This document shows positions 1-13,900 of a DNA stretch of 64,000 nucleotides, one piece after another. Position numbers and translations under genes: made by a program. Within the stretch, counting starts at the first letter, position 1. Each line of letters begins with the position of its first letter. A model generated the notes under the pieces. The model worked only from the letters and a program-made list of their open reading frames with translations. It did not search any database and was not told the DNA's origin. Source of the stretch: Callorhinchus milii (Eukaryota); assembly GCF_018977255.1 (NCBI RefSeq), contig NW_024704743.1, positions 37,202,001 to 37,266,000 on the forward strand, given 5' to 3'.

Positions 1-932
1 TGAGCAATGTGTTGCAAAATGAATACTGTTTACAGTAACAGGAAAGACATTGGCCTCTTCTGAGCTTGGCTTCATCCTCTGCAAAAAAAAATCAGGGCAT
101 TCTTCACCATGGCGTGTGGCGAGAATGCTTAAATTCCATCTGCATACATGGCAATTGTCAGCACATACCTCTTCTCTCAGGAGGAAAGAGCAGGCCTTTG
201 AACAAAAAACAGAAACCAGAAGAAGCACTTTATTCGGTCTCTCTGGTACACTGAGAATCCCTTCCTTAAAGCAATACACAGCAGTTGAGCCTCAGATACA
301 CAGCAGTTGTTGGCTGTTCGTTGTGCTACTTATATAAAAAACACCTGGTGACCTCCTTGAAAGGATACAGTTAACCCAGATCTCTCCTTATATGCCTTTA
401 AATCAGTTGAGTTGGCTTACATCAGAAGAGCCCCCTGAAGAATATTGTTCATCCAAAAAATTTTCCCCCAGGCAAAATAAGTACACTAACTCTCACAGGG
501 TTTTTGTGAATTCAACTTGTCTATTATTTCTCACGATCTCAATGAGAAAATGTCAAATTTCAAATGTATTATTAACTTCAGGAACTATTTATTTGTTTAT
601 TTATTTGGAACTGTTGACTTGCGATGATCCTTTATCCCCTTTTCCTTTTGACAGTTTTCGCCTAGCCCGAGCTGTGTTGATTTGTTGCCAGGGTGTACCC
701 CGCTCTCAGTGGGAGAGTGAGTCACTGTTTCCCAGTCACATGCATGAGCTCCGCTCTGTCTCCTGCAGGGCAGTTCTGGAGCGAGCTTACCATCATTCAG
801 TCCCATGGCCCCATCCATTGCACAGAGAATTGCCTCTGGTTAGCCATACCGCTCACAGGCATCAGCAGCTCAAATGTAGTCCAAAATTGAATTGGGGGGA
901 CTTGCACAGCAGAAATTGCACATTACTCCCAT

Positions 933-1224
933 TGTGGAGTCCTGTAGCTCAATGGTTAGAGCACTCGCTTTGCAAGTGAGAGACCTGAGTTCAATTCCAG
1001 GCAGGAAACCTTGGGCAAGTTTCCTTACTCCACACAGAGCCTAATAATAATCCCTCCAAAAACCAAAAAAACAATAATAAATTGGTCATTTTCAATCCAC
1101 GACTGTTTGTGGGACACTGCTGTGCGCAATTGGCTGCCGCGTTTGCTCACAACTATACAGTCAATTTACTTTACAGTATATTCTGTGAAGCGCTTTGGGA
1201 CGTCAAGAAGACGTGAAAAACGCT
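933..1224 (+). mobile_element. tRNA-derived SINE, short young subfamily, 3' tail missing
   Basis: tRNA-like head with A box (TAGCTCAATGG), TTGCA loop and B box (GTTCAATTCC). Body nearly identical to the copies at 22718 and 32906. Confidence 0.9.
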
Positions 1225-1530
1225 CAGACTAAGCCCAGTTCCTCTTTTCTCTCGAAAACTCCTTCAATTCCAGAGATAAACTTCCAGAATTATTTCAAAA
1301 TCCTGGGTAGACCTGTTTCATGTAGGGTTAGCAGCCACCTTCCTGCACCTCACCCTAGCAACCACTTATCATTCGGTATCCAAAAAAAAATCGCCTCAGA
1401 GAGTGTTAAGCTCTCATTTGGATTGAAGTTTCTTCCTTTTATTTGTCCAAGCAATATTCCTTCACATCTGGCAGGATAAACACACCCGATCCGGATGTAA
1501 CTTGGTGAGGGAATTAACAAACATTTTTCT

Positions 1531-2380
1531 TTCAACAACAACAACAACAACAACAAGATTCCATTCATTGAACGCCTTTCACGTCGGGAGGACGTCCCAA
1601 GGTGCTGTACAGTTGGGTCAGGACCCGAGCAGGGGGGAAATGGTCAGGGTGAGGGGAGGGAAGGGAGGGAGCGAGGAGTGGGAAGAGAGTCGAGAGGGGA
1701 GCTGAAGGCACGGTCAAAGAGAAAGGTCTTGAGACCGGCCTTGAAGGAGGAAAGGGAGGAAGCGGCGAAGGCACTGGGGGATGGAGTTCCAGAGCCTCGG
1801 GGCTGAGAGGCTGAAGGCCCAACCACCGATGGTAGGGCGGTTGGGGCGGGGGACGTGGAGCAGACCGGAGCCAGAGGAACGGAGGGTACGGGCAGGTAGG
1901 TAGGGGGATAGTAGGTCGGAGAGGTAGGAGGGAGCAAGGCCGTGCATGGTCTTGTAGGTGAGGATGAGGATCTTGAATTCGATCCTCTGGGGGATGGGGA
2001 GCCAGTGGAGGCGAGCGAGGGTGGGAGTGATGTGGTCCCGAAGCCTGGTGCGGGACAGTACACGAGCTGCAGAGTTCTGAATGACCTGCAGCTTGTGGAG
2101 GGAGGTGGCGGGAAGGCCGGCGAGGAGAGAGTTCCCATAGTCCAGCCTTGAGGTGATGAAGGCCTGGACCAGAGTTTCAGCAGTGTGAGGGGTGAGGTAG
2201 TGCCGTAGTCTGGCGACATTCTGGAGGTGATGGAAGGTGGTGCCAGTTGTGGCGCTGTTATGGGGAAGAAAGGACAGCTCAGGGTCGAACAGAACGCCGA
2301 GGTTCCCGACTGGTTTTGAGAGGTGAAGAGTGCAGCCTTGGATGCTGATGCTGTCAGCGCCTGAGAAGCATATTGTCATC
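1531..2380 (-). mobile_element. L2-clade LINE, 5'-truncated (ORF2 C-terminus, 3'UTR and (TTG)n tail)
   Basis: ORF 1714-2382 contains NLGVLFDPELSF, AFITSRLDYGNSLLAGLP, LQVIQNSAARVL, HITPTLARLHWLP and RIEFKIL, typical of the L2 ORF2 end. Confidence 0.92.
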
Positions 2381-2652
2381 AAAAAACCCAGAGAGGGGGA
2401 CTTGAAAAATGGAAGGTTTGTTAGAAATGTGCAGTTGTTGGTTGTGATTGCTTCCTTCAGCAGATCTTATGTTGCTTTTTCATCAACAACAACTTAAATT
2501 TATGTAGCGGCCTTCAAGCGGGGCGGCGTCTCAGAGCGCTTAACAGTGGCGGAGCCTGACGCCGAGCCGGGGGAAGGGAGGAGGTGACCATTTCATTGGA
2601 AGATTATCTGTGGAATTATCCAGTAATTCTATCTCCCCCCTCTTTCCTCCAG

Positions 2653-2764
2653 CACGCCTCTCCTAAAGTGATCCTGCACAGCACTGAATACGAAGATGCT
2701 CTGGCCACTTTGTGCATTATGACGGCTCCAATGGCTCCCTTTCTGGCATCAGAGTTGTGGAAAG
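2653..2764 (+). CDS. LARS2: Mitochondrial leucyl-tRNA synthetase, third-last coding exon
   Basis: Acceptor tctttcctccag and donor gtaaaa. Encodes HASPKVILHSTEYEDALATLCIMTAPMAPFLASELWK(G), which matches human LARS2 [38 protein letters not shown] as recalled. 112 nt, phase 0 to 1. Upstream exons were not found in the window. Confidence 0.93.
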
Positions 2765-4984
2765 GTAAAAGGAGAGCAATTGTTTATTTTACCTCTTTAA
2801 GAAAAGGAACAACTGCTGTACTTATGAATGGAATATTTAAGAAATCATGTTTATGAAAAGCATAGGAATTTTGGTTTCAATCCCATCTATCCTGAGCTAA
2901 ACTGGAAAACTGCTGATTCTAATAGGACCAGATCAATTGAGTGACTCTCCCCATCCAGTGCTTTGAGGAGGATGATGCTATTAACCCTCTCAATAACACT
3001 GTGAGCAGGGTCAGTGGAAATGTGCAGACCTGCGTTCAGTCAAGAAGAACAGATGTCACCTGGTGTCTGCAATATAGGTGCAGTGAAAACCAATAAAATA
3101 TACTTTTTTTATTAAAGAAGGACAGCAATGTTTTATTTTAAAAACATATTTTATGTCCTCTTACCACTCCTTTCCCGAAGGTGGGAACTTGGTGAGTTAT
3201 TGTGTGGCATTTGGAGTGCTATACTAAGCTCAGATCTTTGTTTTATTTAATTGAGTTGAATTAGTATCTCACAAACTGACACAACCAGTGGTCATGCTCC
3301 ACTTCCAGCCCAACTGTTGTTGTTGGGATGGGGGGTGGTCACATTCTCAGAGCAGTCTTTAGATATCGACTGTTTCATTATGTTTATCAACGGTGTGAGA
3401 ATTAACATATTAACACTGTAAATCCTGTGAAGAGCTTTGAGATGTTTTGATGGCTTGATAAGGTGCTATACCAAATGCAAGGATTATTATTATAATAATG
3501 ATGCAAGTTATTTTGTGGAGTGCCGCCCACTGGTAGACTTTTATACAGTCTGTCACGGTGGATTTAAACTCAGTTTGCGCATTGATGAGGGGAGAAGTGG
3601 GAAAATAACTGAAAGTGTAGTCAAGGAGGTGATTCTTAAAGCAGACTTTAAAGTGGGGAGAGGAGGGGTGATTCATATTGTAAGTATAAATGTTGTGGGG
3701 GAGAATGAACGAAGGGACTGTAGAATTTTGCTTACTAATAAAAGGAGTTGCTGTACAGATATTAACTGTATTTACGTCCAGGCTTTCCTTCTTCTTTAGC
3801 AAAGCAAATAGATATTTTCTAATCCAGACTTCAGTGCTTGTTTCAGGATAGCCATGTCCTTCACTGCCGGTTCAGGCCAGGGCGTGATTAGGAAATAAGA
3901 TTTAAGCGGATGGAATGAGGAGATTGTGTTTAGACGCCCAGAAGAGCTTCATCTCTCTTTAACATGTCAAGACCTAAAATTAGTCATTACTAAATTGAGC
4001 TATTCGTGCAGTGTACCACATATAAATAACTTCAAACATTTCTTCCCAGCACTACATAGCTTTTGTTGCACCGATTTTCTCTATGGTTGCAGTTGGATAT
4101 AATCTCGCAATGACACTTGTTTTAAAGAAGCTTAAGTCACTTTTAAGATGTTTGTAATAAAGCACAAGCTATTGCAAATCATCCTCCCCTTCCCCATTCC
4201 GCTCTGCCATTTCTTCTCTTTATTGTAATCTGGGATCAAAGTAAAGCAATGAGAGCCAGAACAGTTGTGTTGAGTCAATATTCTAAGCCACCCAACCTGC
4301 TGAGTTGTTTGTTTATCTGAAAACAAATCATCGCTGCTGAAAACGTAAATAGCAATTCACTGTGCAACATTGCTCCTGGAAATCATCAAAGAACCAATAT
4401 ATATAGTTAAAAGTTACTAAACAAACTGATAAGAATCTATACTTATAGTTCAACAGCACCAAACATTTAGTTATTTGTTACCCAAGGCCCACAAAATTGT
4501 TTTTAAAAAAAATTGCGGCATTTCCTTTCTGTTGATCTGATCTCTTGCCAGGCTTATCATTATATAGTTGGAACCAGGTTATCCTATTGTGCACCTATTG
4601 AAGTGCCACTAGCTTATATTATAAAAACAAGTCCTGGTTCCCAAAACTGCTGACGAAGTTGATTGTGCTACCGAAAAACACATTGGGGAGTAAGTAAGAT
4701 TCTATTGGTGGCTTTAGTTTCAAGACCATCTATTAGGTAAAAAAAATCAATGCACCACTTCTAAAGATGCTATAGTGAAGGTACGGCAAAAGAGTAGAAA
4801 TACTTAGTTATGTTTATAAAATCATCACAAAACTAAAATGCCTTATTTGTTTCATTAGTAGCCCCGCATTCCTTTTATGATTTCTGTGTCTAATATCACA
4901 TTTGCGTTGTATAGACTGTCCTGACAAATGGCATAGCTCAAAACTATAGGGTTCTTCATTCTCAACAATAAGCATCTACTGACT

Positions 4985-6080
4985 TTTAGTAGTTGGTGAT
5001 AGGTTGGTGATGGAGAAGAGTTGCCTGGTGTTGTCCTTGGTATCCAAGATTGTCTTGGAGTAGAACGACGATTTAGTGGAGGCGAGGGCAGAGCTGTACG
5101 ATTTGATAAGGTCCAGCCAGATTTGCCGATGGACCGTTAAGTTTGATTTAAGCCAGATGCGTTCAGCGGCATGCACCTGTGCTTTAAAGGAGTGGAGTTG
5201 GCTGGTGTTCCATGGTGACGTACGTGAATAGGAGACAGTTCGGGAAGAGAGGCGAGCAAGGGAATCGAGAGTGGAAGAGAGGGAGCTGTGGAGAAGAGTG
5301 GCTGAGGAGGATAGGTCATTGCAGGAGGAAGCCCAGAGGAGAAGGAGTTCAGATGACTCCAAGGCAGCTGGTGGGGTGGGGGAGGAGATTTTTTTCCAGG
5401 GGCGGTAGGAGATGGAGGTGGTTTGGGTGGCGGTGGGAAGAGGGATTGAGGAGTTGAGAGAGATTAAGTCATGGTCCAAGATAGTTTTGTCGATGATGAT
5501 GAGGTCCGAAACAGTGAGACCCCGAGTGATCACCACGTCGAGGGGATGACCGCAGACGTGGGTGGTGGAGTGGATGTAGAGGGAGAGGTTGAGGAAGGAG
5601 ATAAGGGAGGAGAAGTCAACAAGGTAGAGCAGGAGGGGGTGAAGTGAAGGTTGAAGTTGCCTAGGATGAGGAGCTGTTTAGAGCAAAGGGAGAGGGAAGA
5701 TAGGAGGGTGGAAAGTTGGGATGAAGGTGGGATAGGGCTTGGGGGGGGCGGCGATAGATAAGGAGAATTTTGAGGGATAGGTTGGAGGGGTGATAAAGGA
5801 TAAGGTGCTCAAAGGAGGGGAAGGTTCCAGAGGAGTAAGGGGATAGGCCGAGCGGGGACCGGGACACGAGAGCCTCACTGCCACCACAGCGGTTAGGTCG
5901 TGGGGTATGATGGAAGGTGTAACCAGTTGGTGTGGCCTTTATCAGGGGGAAGGTGTCGCCTGGAGTGATCCAAGTTTCAGTGTTTTCATCAACAATGAGA
6001 CCTTGCATGGTGAATGTTTTGGAGAGGGAGCAGACATTTTGTAGGCCGATGCAGAGGGGACAGTTATAGGAGGGGACAGA
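4985..6080 (-). mobile_element. L2-clade LINE fragment (APE endonuclease and linker), degraded
   Basis: TETWITP, GYTFHHTPR, LLIYRRPP, LDVVITRGL and DHDLIS motifs, with frameshifts. Confidence 0.88.
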
Positions 6081-7464
6081 ACTAGCTCTAAGTATCATCT
6101 AAAGTGTTACTAACTGCTCCAATGACCCTTTCTGTTAACCTTGGGTTCCAAACGTCTTGAGCATTTTAAGACATTTTTGTTCTATTTTTGCTCCATTTTG
6201 TATCGTGGTGAATCAGGGAACAGCGATTTAACAGCTGATGTTCCAACTCTTTCTTTTGGTAAAATCAGTTCACTTTGCACTTTTGTTTGAACCTAATTGA
6301 TGCTTTTAAAGACATTTCTGGCACGCTTACCTTATCCTAACCCTTAGTATTTTCAGCCTTTCCCAGCAGCTTTGCACACTGAAATCCATTGAATGTGCTT
6401 CCTAATCTTACTGTACACATCCTTCATTGCTTGTGCTACCCCAATGTCTCTCATGTTTGATTGTTATTCTGAGGCATATTTGGGATTTCATTAACATTAG
6501 CAGGATAAGGAAACTCAGTTCCTTCCTGAAGCTCTGAGTTTGAAAGACTGCAGTGACTCTTGCTACTAAATTGATATCCTGACATGAAGCAACAAGAAAA
6601 CAAAGTCACTTGTTTTCTTCCTGTGGCATTATTTCATCCCAAACGAAATTTACACAAAATCACTGTTTGGAATCTGCCTTCTTTGTTCATCCTGTGAGCG
6701 TGTTCAAAAAAAAACCCGTCTTTTGTGCAAAAGCATCTGCCAAACAACCCCTTTCTATTATTGCAAACCTGGCTGCATGCCTCTGATAACCCACTTTATT
6801 ATACTCACTCAGCCAAATCTACTTCTGTGTTGTAGACAATAAGTCATTTGTTTCAGTCAGCCGAGTGTCTGACACATGTGCAAACCCATCACCATGCTTA
6901 AGAGTATCCAAGCTGAGAATTCCATGCATCTCACCTACACATGGAAATCACAGAGATAGATTATTGGAATGGAATACACACTCTCTCCCTGGAGGGACAC
7001 ATCCTGCTTACCTAACTCTGGAACGTATTAGGCGCAGGTTGGCAAGAGCCAAGGCTTGGGGACCCCAGAGTGTGCATTGAGGTACACCTTTGAACATCAA
7101 TAAATTTCATGAAGTTGATGGGGAATCAGAACAGGAGAATCTGAGTGATGGTAAAGGGACAGGTGCAGAGACACATTGCTTAAGGACAGTAGGGAGGACA
7201 TATCAATACCAACACACATGGTGATCTTAATACTGAATAGTGGCAATGATTTACCAAGAATGTACAGCATAGAAACATGCCACGCGATCAAACCAGTCCA
7301 TGCCTGTGTTTATACTGCACACAAGTCTGAGAGGGTAGAGTAAATTGCAACAATCGAGGGAAGGTCTTTGCCAATATCATTCAGGTTAGAGTTAGAGAAG
7401 AAAGTGAGCCAAGTGGGCAGCTGTGCCTTTAGGATAACAAGCAACTGAACCATTGTAACTGAAC

Positions 7465-7767
7465 AACGGTGTTCAGTGAGAGTCCTGGGTTTGATTTCCG
7501 GCAGGGTGAATGTTGGGCAAGTTTCCTTACTCCACAAGCCTCTGTTCACCTAGCAGTAAGTAGGAACCCGGTTGTTAGTCGATTGGCGGATCGCTTTTAT
7601 GGGGGTAATAATCCCTTCAAAAAATAATAATAATTTAGTCACTCAATCCACAGCTGCTGCGTTTCGCCCACAAAATATACAGTCAATTAAATTTACAATA
7701 TTTTCTGTGAAGAGCTCTGAGACGTCTTGAAGTCGCTATATCAAAAGCAAGGATTATTATTTATTAT
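7465..7767 (+). mobile_element. tRNA-derived SINE, long subfamily, diverged
   Basis: Shares the internal segment and tail with the 24948 copy. Confidence 0.85.
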
Positions 7768-8033
7768 GTAAAGGAGGATTTGCTGAACCTTCGAGAGGAC
7801 TTTGGCTAGATACCAGAAGGAAATGCTGCTGGTGGTGCCACAAAGACCACAGTTGATGCTTCTTATCAAAATTGTTGCACTTATTTTCAGCTATTTTCCC
7901 CCCCACTAACTGCTTCCCCTCTCCTGATGTGTTGACTTTATTTCTTCAAGACTTTCCACTCTTGAGTATTTTGGGAAAAACATCCTTTTTAGCTTATTAC
8001 TGCTGCACAAATCCAAATGTTTTTCTGTTCCAG

Positions 8034-8161
8034 GTCTGTCCAGCGTCCCGAACAAACTTGGTGTTGGCTATCAGTGGGACACAGACGTGTTGTTTCAGCA
8101 TTGGCCAAATGTGGACAGAGAGTACCTGCAGCAGCCAGACACTGTGGAAATGACGATCAGG
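8034..8161 (+). CDS. LARS2: Mitochondrial leucyl-tRNA synthetase, penultimate coding exon
   Basis: Acceptor ttttctgttccag and donor gtaaga. Encodes (G)LSSVPNKLGVGYQWDTDVLFQHWPNVDREYLQQPDTVEMTIR, including the class Ia synthetase W-P motif. 128 nt, phase 1 to 0, in frame with both neighbours. Confidence 0.93.
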
Positions 8162-8621
8162 GTAAGAGCTGTCAAAACTGGTTTATAAAGTGGTGATAAA
8201 TCAAGGCTGTATGAATAGAAAATACCTTTAGAATATTCTCAGGAGTACAGCCAGCCAGTTTACTCCCTATATGTCAGATGATTCTCACTCTAATGACATT
8301 CAACTGCCAGGTCATGGCCAAGAGTTATAGAGAATGTTACAACTGGCAGTATGCATGTGATACAGTATTAATCTCTGCACAAGGTTACCATAACTATCTT
8401 GTGGATTACGTCACTTCTTATGTTTCCACATTACTGGTGAGGTAGGCTCATAACTCTCTGTGTAGATTAACCAACGCAATCAACTATCAATACTTCACAC
8501 CTGATTAGAGAAGCGTTATCATTATTATAGTGAGGGTCATTCCACTCCTGGAGTTGTCTGTCCAAGTTGATACCTGCCCTGGATAACAGTTCTCTTCCTT
8601 CCTCCATATTTAAAGTTGAGT

Positions 8622-8905
8622 TAATAATAATAATAATCCTTGCATTTGATATAGCACCTTATCACATCTTCAAGGCATCTCAAAGAGCTTCACAGAATAC
8701 ACTGTAAAGTGAATTGACTGTAGATTTTGTGAGCATAACGCAGCAACCAATTGTGCACAGCAGTGTCCCACAGACAATTGTGGATTGAAGTGACCAATTT
8801 ATTATTATTTTTTGAAGGAATTATTACCCCCAGAAAAACGATCCAACAATCGACTACAACCGGGTTCCAACTTACTGCTACGTAAACAAAATCAAGTTTA
8901 GTGAA
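8622..8905 (-). mobile_element. SINE, long subfamily, 5'-truncated
   Basis: Reverse complement of the family tail, body and internal segment. Confidence 0.85.
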
Positions 8906-10727
8906 ACCCAAATCAAGTTGTTGTTCCCAGAAACTGCCATGAAATGTTGGGATGTGGCAGTCAGTAGGACCAAAAGTGTTTAGAAACCAGACACCACATT
9001 CTATATTTTAGTAATTGTATTATAACCCCATCCTTATCCAACTTTGTTCAAAAGAATCAAAAATAATTTGATCAATGTTTGATGGGGTGGAGGTATAATA
9101 CATTACAATACAATTAATATTTATGTAACACCTTTTACATTGGGAGGACATCACAAAGTGCTTGACACTGCTGCCCGGGCACCCGAGCTGAGGGTGAGAG
9201 CCGAGGGGTAGGGAGGGGAAGACTTGGACATTCCAGCATCTAAATATCCAATATTGTAATAGTTATCACACCACATACTGTACTTTGCCCCCAAAGATTC
9301 AATATGGTAGGCATTAATAGGACGCTAGTTAGTGAGCCCAAATTGAAGGGCACAAATATAACTTTTTTTTAACGCAGAGGCTGGTGAGAATGTGGCACTC
9401 ACTGCTGGAAGCTGTGATTAAAATAGAAACAATATATTTCATGGAAAACCTGATGCAGAGATGAAAGAGAAAATAAAAAATATATAAAAAATGGGGAAGG
9501 GAACAAAGAGAAAGACACATGTAACTTTCTCTCCTCGCTCCCTCGCCCCCTTTTTATAAGCACATCGAAGGAAATTCTGCCAGGTCTGATATTCTGCTCC
9601 ATGTACAAGGTATTTCCTCCATTGTTTCCTTCCAATATAAGGCCCTTAATGTTATTAGAGTCGGATATCTTCCCAATTGTATACCAGCTCACAGATCTCC
9701 TTTGCTAGAGTTATTCAGTTGGTATATATGCCAACTCCCCAGTCTTGAAAAGGTTGACATGCGGCCCATGTGAAACACTGCTGACATTCCTTGGTGTGGG
9801 TGTGAAGCTGACATGCTGAGACATGGAGAATCTTTTTCATGGTAAATGGCACTTGTGTTGTTGGAAACTGCCATTGCCCTGTGGCAGTAACTGAATCAGA
9901 CACAGACCACTGAACACAAAGTATGATCATTCCTTCAACCCCCATGATGCCATCAAGTTTCAACCTCAGGTCAATTAGGTATTGATTGAACTCTGGACCA
10001 AATTATGTTGTGTAAAGACATCATCATACCAGGACTTAACGTAGCCCTGCAATAGCAAGTTTTGACCGAATCACATTTAGACCAGTTAAGGGCCTCAAAA
10101 TATTGTATCCTGTGTTAAAGTTGCTGAAGTTGTTGCTTGAGAAATGCAGTTGCTCGTCACAGAGCCACCTGTTGCTCTTGGTTCAAATTGCCTATAAGGT
10201 AACCGTTTGCAGCTGGACTGGCAGCAGGGCTCGAGGATGAGAGCTGATGTGACCCTAGAATTCCCACGGTTGCTGGATATCTAAGTTCTGTATTGCTGTC
10301 AACATGCCATCATGCAGATGATCCAAAGTGAAGCTTGCGTGGTTCTGGGGACCTGCAGAGTACTACTGGCTATAACTGGTGTAGACCAGTCATGAGTCAA
10401 AGAAGTCAGCAGCTCTGTGTAAATGAGCAGTCAATGCACATTGGCAGCTCTACACACAATGGCATTCAACAGAGCTCTGTTGGGAAAGGACTGAAGGAAA
10501 CTATGTGGGAAAGATGATGTGCTGCAGGGAGAGCTCTAATCATTCAGGGAAAAAGTCAGTGATCAAAGATTTCCTTTGGAGTTGAGAGTTCTCTGGTGTA
10601 ATGTGGGTCAGGGAATTCCTGGTATAAGCTTTAGTGCGATGATGAGGTGTGAAAGTTTCAGCCACAAAACTATGCCTGTTCAGCTGTTGTGCTGCCACTC
10701 AGCTCTCTCCCCGTCTATCATCAACAG

Positions 10728-10910
10728 ATCAACAACAAGGTCTGCGGCTCGGTCAGCATGCCCCAGCAGGTGGCCGTGGATGCCGAGCAAGTGCGAGAGC
10801 TGGTGCTGCAGAGTGAGCTGGGCATCAGGCAGCTACAGGGCCGCGCCATCAAGAAAGTCTTCTTATCTCCCAGGACAGCACTCATCAATTTTCTAGTAGA
10901 TGAACAATAA
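10728..10910 (+). CDS. LARS2: Mitochondrial leucyl-tRNA synthetase, last coding exon
   Basis: Acceptor atcatcaacag. Encodes [60 protein letters not shown], matching the LARS2 C-terminus ([13 protein letters not shown]). TAA at 10908-10910. Confidence 0.95.
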   Translation: MNNKVCGSVSMPQQVAVDAEQVRELVLQSELGIRQLQGRAIKKVFLSPRTALINFLVDEQ

Positions 10911-11358
10911 AGAAAATTTGGATAAACACTGGCTGAACAGCTGAAAATATTACACACTTGAACCCTTGCTGCACAGTAAAATGATGTGGGAATCATCCAG
11001 GGAATCTTATTTGGCTGCCTGCTGCATCAAATTGTTTTCTGTAACAAAATCATGAGAACTGGAATACTTCCACTTTGTGATTGAAGGTTATAGAAAACTG
11101 AGATACAAGTCCAAGCTTGGACTGTAACTGCCAATGTGATCATGACTTCCAAGGCTAGTCCCATATCATCCCAATAATATCTTCTTCTCACTTGGCACGA
11201 GATTAAGAGCTGGATTGGGCAAGAGGCATCCGCCCAGGCAGGACAACAGAAACGTGAACCTTCTGCCAGACTGTTGCGAAGAGGCATTGACAATGATACT
11301 TATTTCCTCAGAGACTGGAGTAGGGATGTGGGTGAGGAAACAGTATGCAAAGGAAGAA

Positions 11359-11465
11359 AATAAATAAAATGTGTTTCAATCACAGATCGCAGATTGCTGT
11401 GTGGAATTAAATTGTGTATTTTTAGGCCTGCGGCCACCTAATGTTTTATATATTAATTTAATAAA
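11359..11465 (+). terminator. LARS2: Candidate LARS2 polyadenylation signals
   Basis: AATAAA at 11359-11364, 11363-11368 and 11460-11465, about 450-550 nt after the stop codon. Another AATAAA overlaps the stop codon (10906-10911). Which one is used is unknown. Confidence 0.5.
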
Positions 11466-12514
11466 ATGTTACAAACATGTCAAACATTCTTCCAAGTCCA
11501 ATGAAATGTCAGAAAAGTTATTTTAGCTGAAACTCTTAACGTTTGATCAAAAATAAAATTGGAGACATAATGTAAGATGCAATTTAATCTCATGAAAGCC
11601 CTTCCCATAACAGAGAGGGTAAACATGTAAACAAAATCTTTTGCTTAAACTGAAACTAATTAAAACCATGACAAGGCAGAAATGTGGTGTGTATGTAACA
11701 TGTGGGTTACATAGCAGCAAATAACAATAGGTGTCAGCCTGGCTCAGTTGGTAGCTCTCTCCCCTCTGAGGCAGAAATTGTGGGTTCAAGCCTCAAGGCA
11801 AGGACACTGGGAAAAACTCCCTTCACTTTTCGAATATTGCCTTGGGATCTTTAATGTCCCAAGCATTAAAGAACAATTTAAAGAATAAGTGGATAGGGCC
11901 TCAGTTTAACTTCTCAAATGAAGGATCGCGCCTCCAGCAATGCAGCACACCCCCAGCACTGCATTGCAATATCATTTTAGAATATATGAGTTCCAGATCC
12001 TCCCAATTGTTCAACCCAGGAGGGAGTGTCACAGTGAGACTCATCGTGTCTTCACTCAATTCCCACAAGTGCACTTCCAGTAGGAGTGCTGGATAGCAAT
12101 CAGAGACAGGAAACCTGGCTTCCTAACTCGGCTGCTGAAACCCAAGTGCAGTGCCTCCTTCATTGCCACTCCAGCTAAGATCAGCTGTCTTCCCTACAGA
12201 GACCCAGGAAGTGATATTTATGCGGTTTCAAAAGCAGTTGCACTCATCATTCTCTGGAAAATCCCAGAACAGTTCAATGTGACTACAAGAGTGTGCAGGA
12301 TGTCTGTTTTTAGCATGTCCTCTTTTTGGTCCAAAATGTTATAACTTGCATTAGTTCACTGACGCACCACATTCCTCATTAACATCCGGGAACAATTACG
12401 CATCTGAAAAGTCTTGAAGGTATACAGGATTTGACTGACTTTTCTTGCCTCGTCCCAAGGGCGTGTTGGCAAACTGGCTGGGCACTCACTTCTATAAGAC
12501 TGGGATTGTGCGGG

Positions 12515-12765
12515 ACAAAACCTTAGGCAAGTTTACTTAGTTCTAAAAATAGGAATCTGGTTGTTAGTCGATTGCTGGATTGCTTTCTGGGAGTAATAAT
12601 CCCCAAAACAATATTTGGTCATTCGATCAACGACTTTTGTAGATAGCTGCCACGTTTTGCCCATAAAATATGCAAATAATTCACTTTACAATGTATTCTG
12701 TGAAGTGCTTTGAGACATTTTGAAATTGTGATAAAGCTCCATATAAAATGCAAGGATTATTATTA
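12515..12765 (+). mobile_element. SINE, long subfamily, diverged
   Basis: GTTGTTAGTCGATTG segment and family tail. Confidence 0.8.
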
Positions 12766-13689
12766 TGGTCACAAATATGCCATCACTGGTGCACTGGGCT
12801 GTTTTAGGGACGTTCGACACATTCCATGTCTTGGGCTGGGCGGCACCAAGCTTTTAAGCCAGCAACCTGCAGTCTGCAAAGTTATCTGATAACCAAATGA
12901 AGCCCTGTCCCATTTTATTTGAACACAGCAGGGCCCTTCCCTGACCTGCAGGAAATATATACCCTGTGACTTTTATCACGTTGATACTGAAGCACATAGA
13001 TAGATCCATGATCTGTACGCAGGTGATAAATATAGCAAGACTGGCAGCTGTCTTTATTGTTAGTCTGTTGGAAGTATTATAAGAAAAGGAAATCAAACAG
13101 TAACTTTCTTCAACTAGCTGTGGATATTTTAGGTGTCTGCTTTTCCTCAAGGTTTTGTGATTTTGTTCAGAAATAGGGACCAGTATCGCCAAATCCTGTC
13201 TAAATATTTTTAGAAATTGACATTTCTTTTTCCACTTATTACAGTACAGTAATTTTTTCAAATTTGCTAAAATGTTACTGTACTATAACTCCAATACTTA
13301 AGTTTGGTTGATATTCTGTAAAATTACAAATACAGACATTGTTATGGTGAAAATCTTAAAGAAAGTGTGGGCTGTATTCACTGGAGCAGAGTAGTTTGGG
13401 TGGATCTAATAGTGTGTTCACAACTATGAAAAGGTTTGAGAGGGTAAGTAGTTAAAGATGAGCTGCACTTCTTACTCACTTGGCAACAAGCAGACATTAT
13501 TTCAGCATTATTACTAGAAGCACAAGAGCGGTGAATAGAAAAATGTGTGCACATCAAGGATTATTAAATTGTGCAACACATGACCACAAGTGCCTATTTG
13601 AAACCAAGTCAATTCTGACATTTAAAAGGGAATTAGATGAACACGTGTAGGTTGAAAATATAAATAAACAAATGCGAGATTAATAATAA

Positions 13690-13900
13690 ATAATCCTATA
13701 ATCCTTGCATTTGATGGAGCACCTTATCACGTCATTGAGACATCTCAAAGCGTTTCACAGAATATACTGTAAAGTGAATTGACTGTATATTTTGTGGACG
13801 AAACGCAGTGTCCCACAAACAGTCGTGGATTGAGTGACCAATTTATTTTTTATTTATTTTTTGGAAGGATTATTACCACCAAAACGATCCACCAATCGAG
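13690..13900 (-). mobile_element. SINE fragment inserted into an old CR1 3' end (CR1-like sequence at ~13350-13680 and ~13905-13990)
   Basis: Family tail and body. Flanks resemble a decayed CR1 ORF2 end and 3'UTR. Confidence 0.7.

Noticed and set aside
392..979. 195-aa ORF
   Set aside because: No recognisable domain. It lies in a LARS2 intron and ends in a SINE head.
1714..2382. 222-aa ORF as a host gene
   Set aside because: Truncated L2 ORF2 C-terminus with no RT core or promoter.
9530..10340. Possible decayed LINE RT on the minus strand
   Set aside because: Resemblance too weak to call without a profile search.
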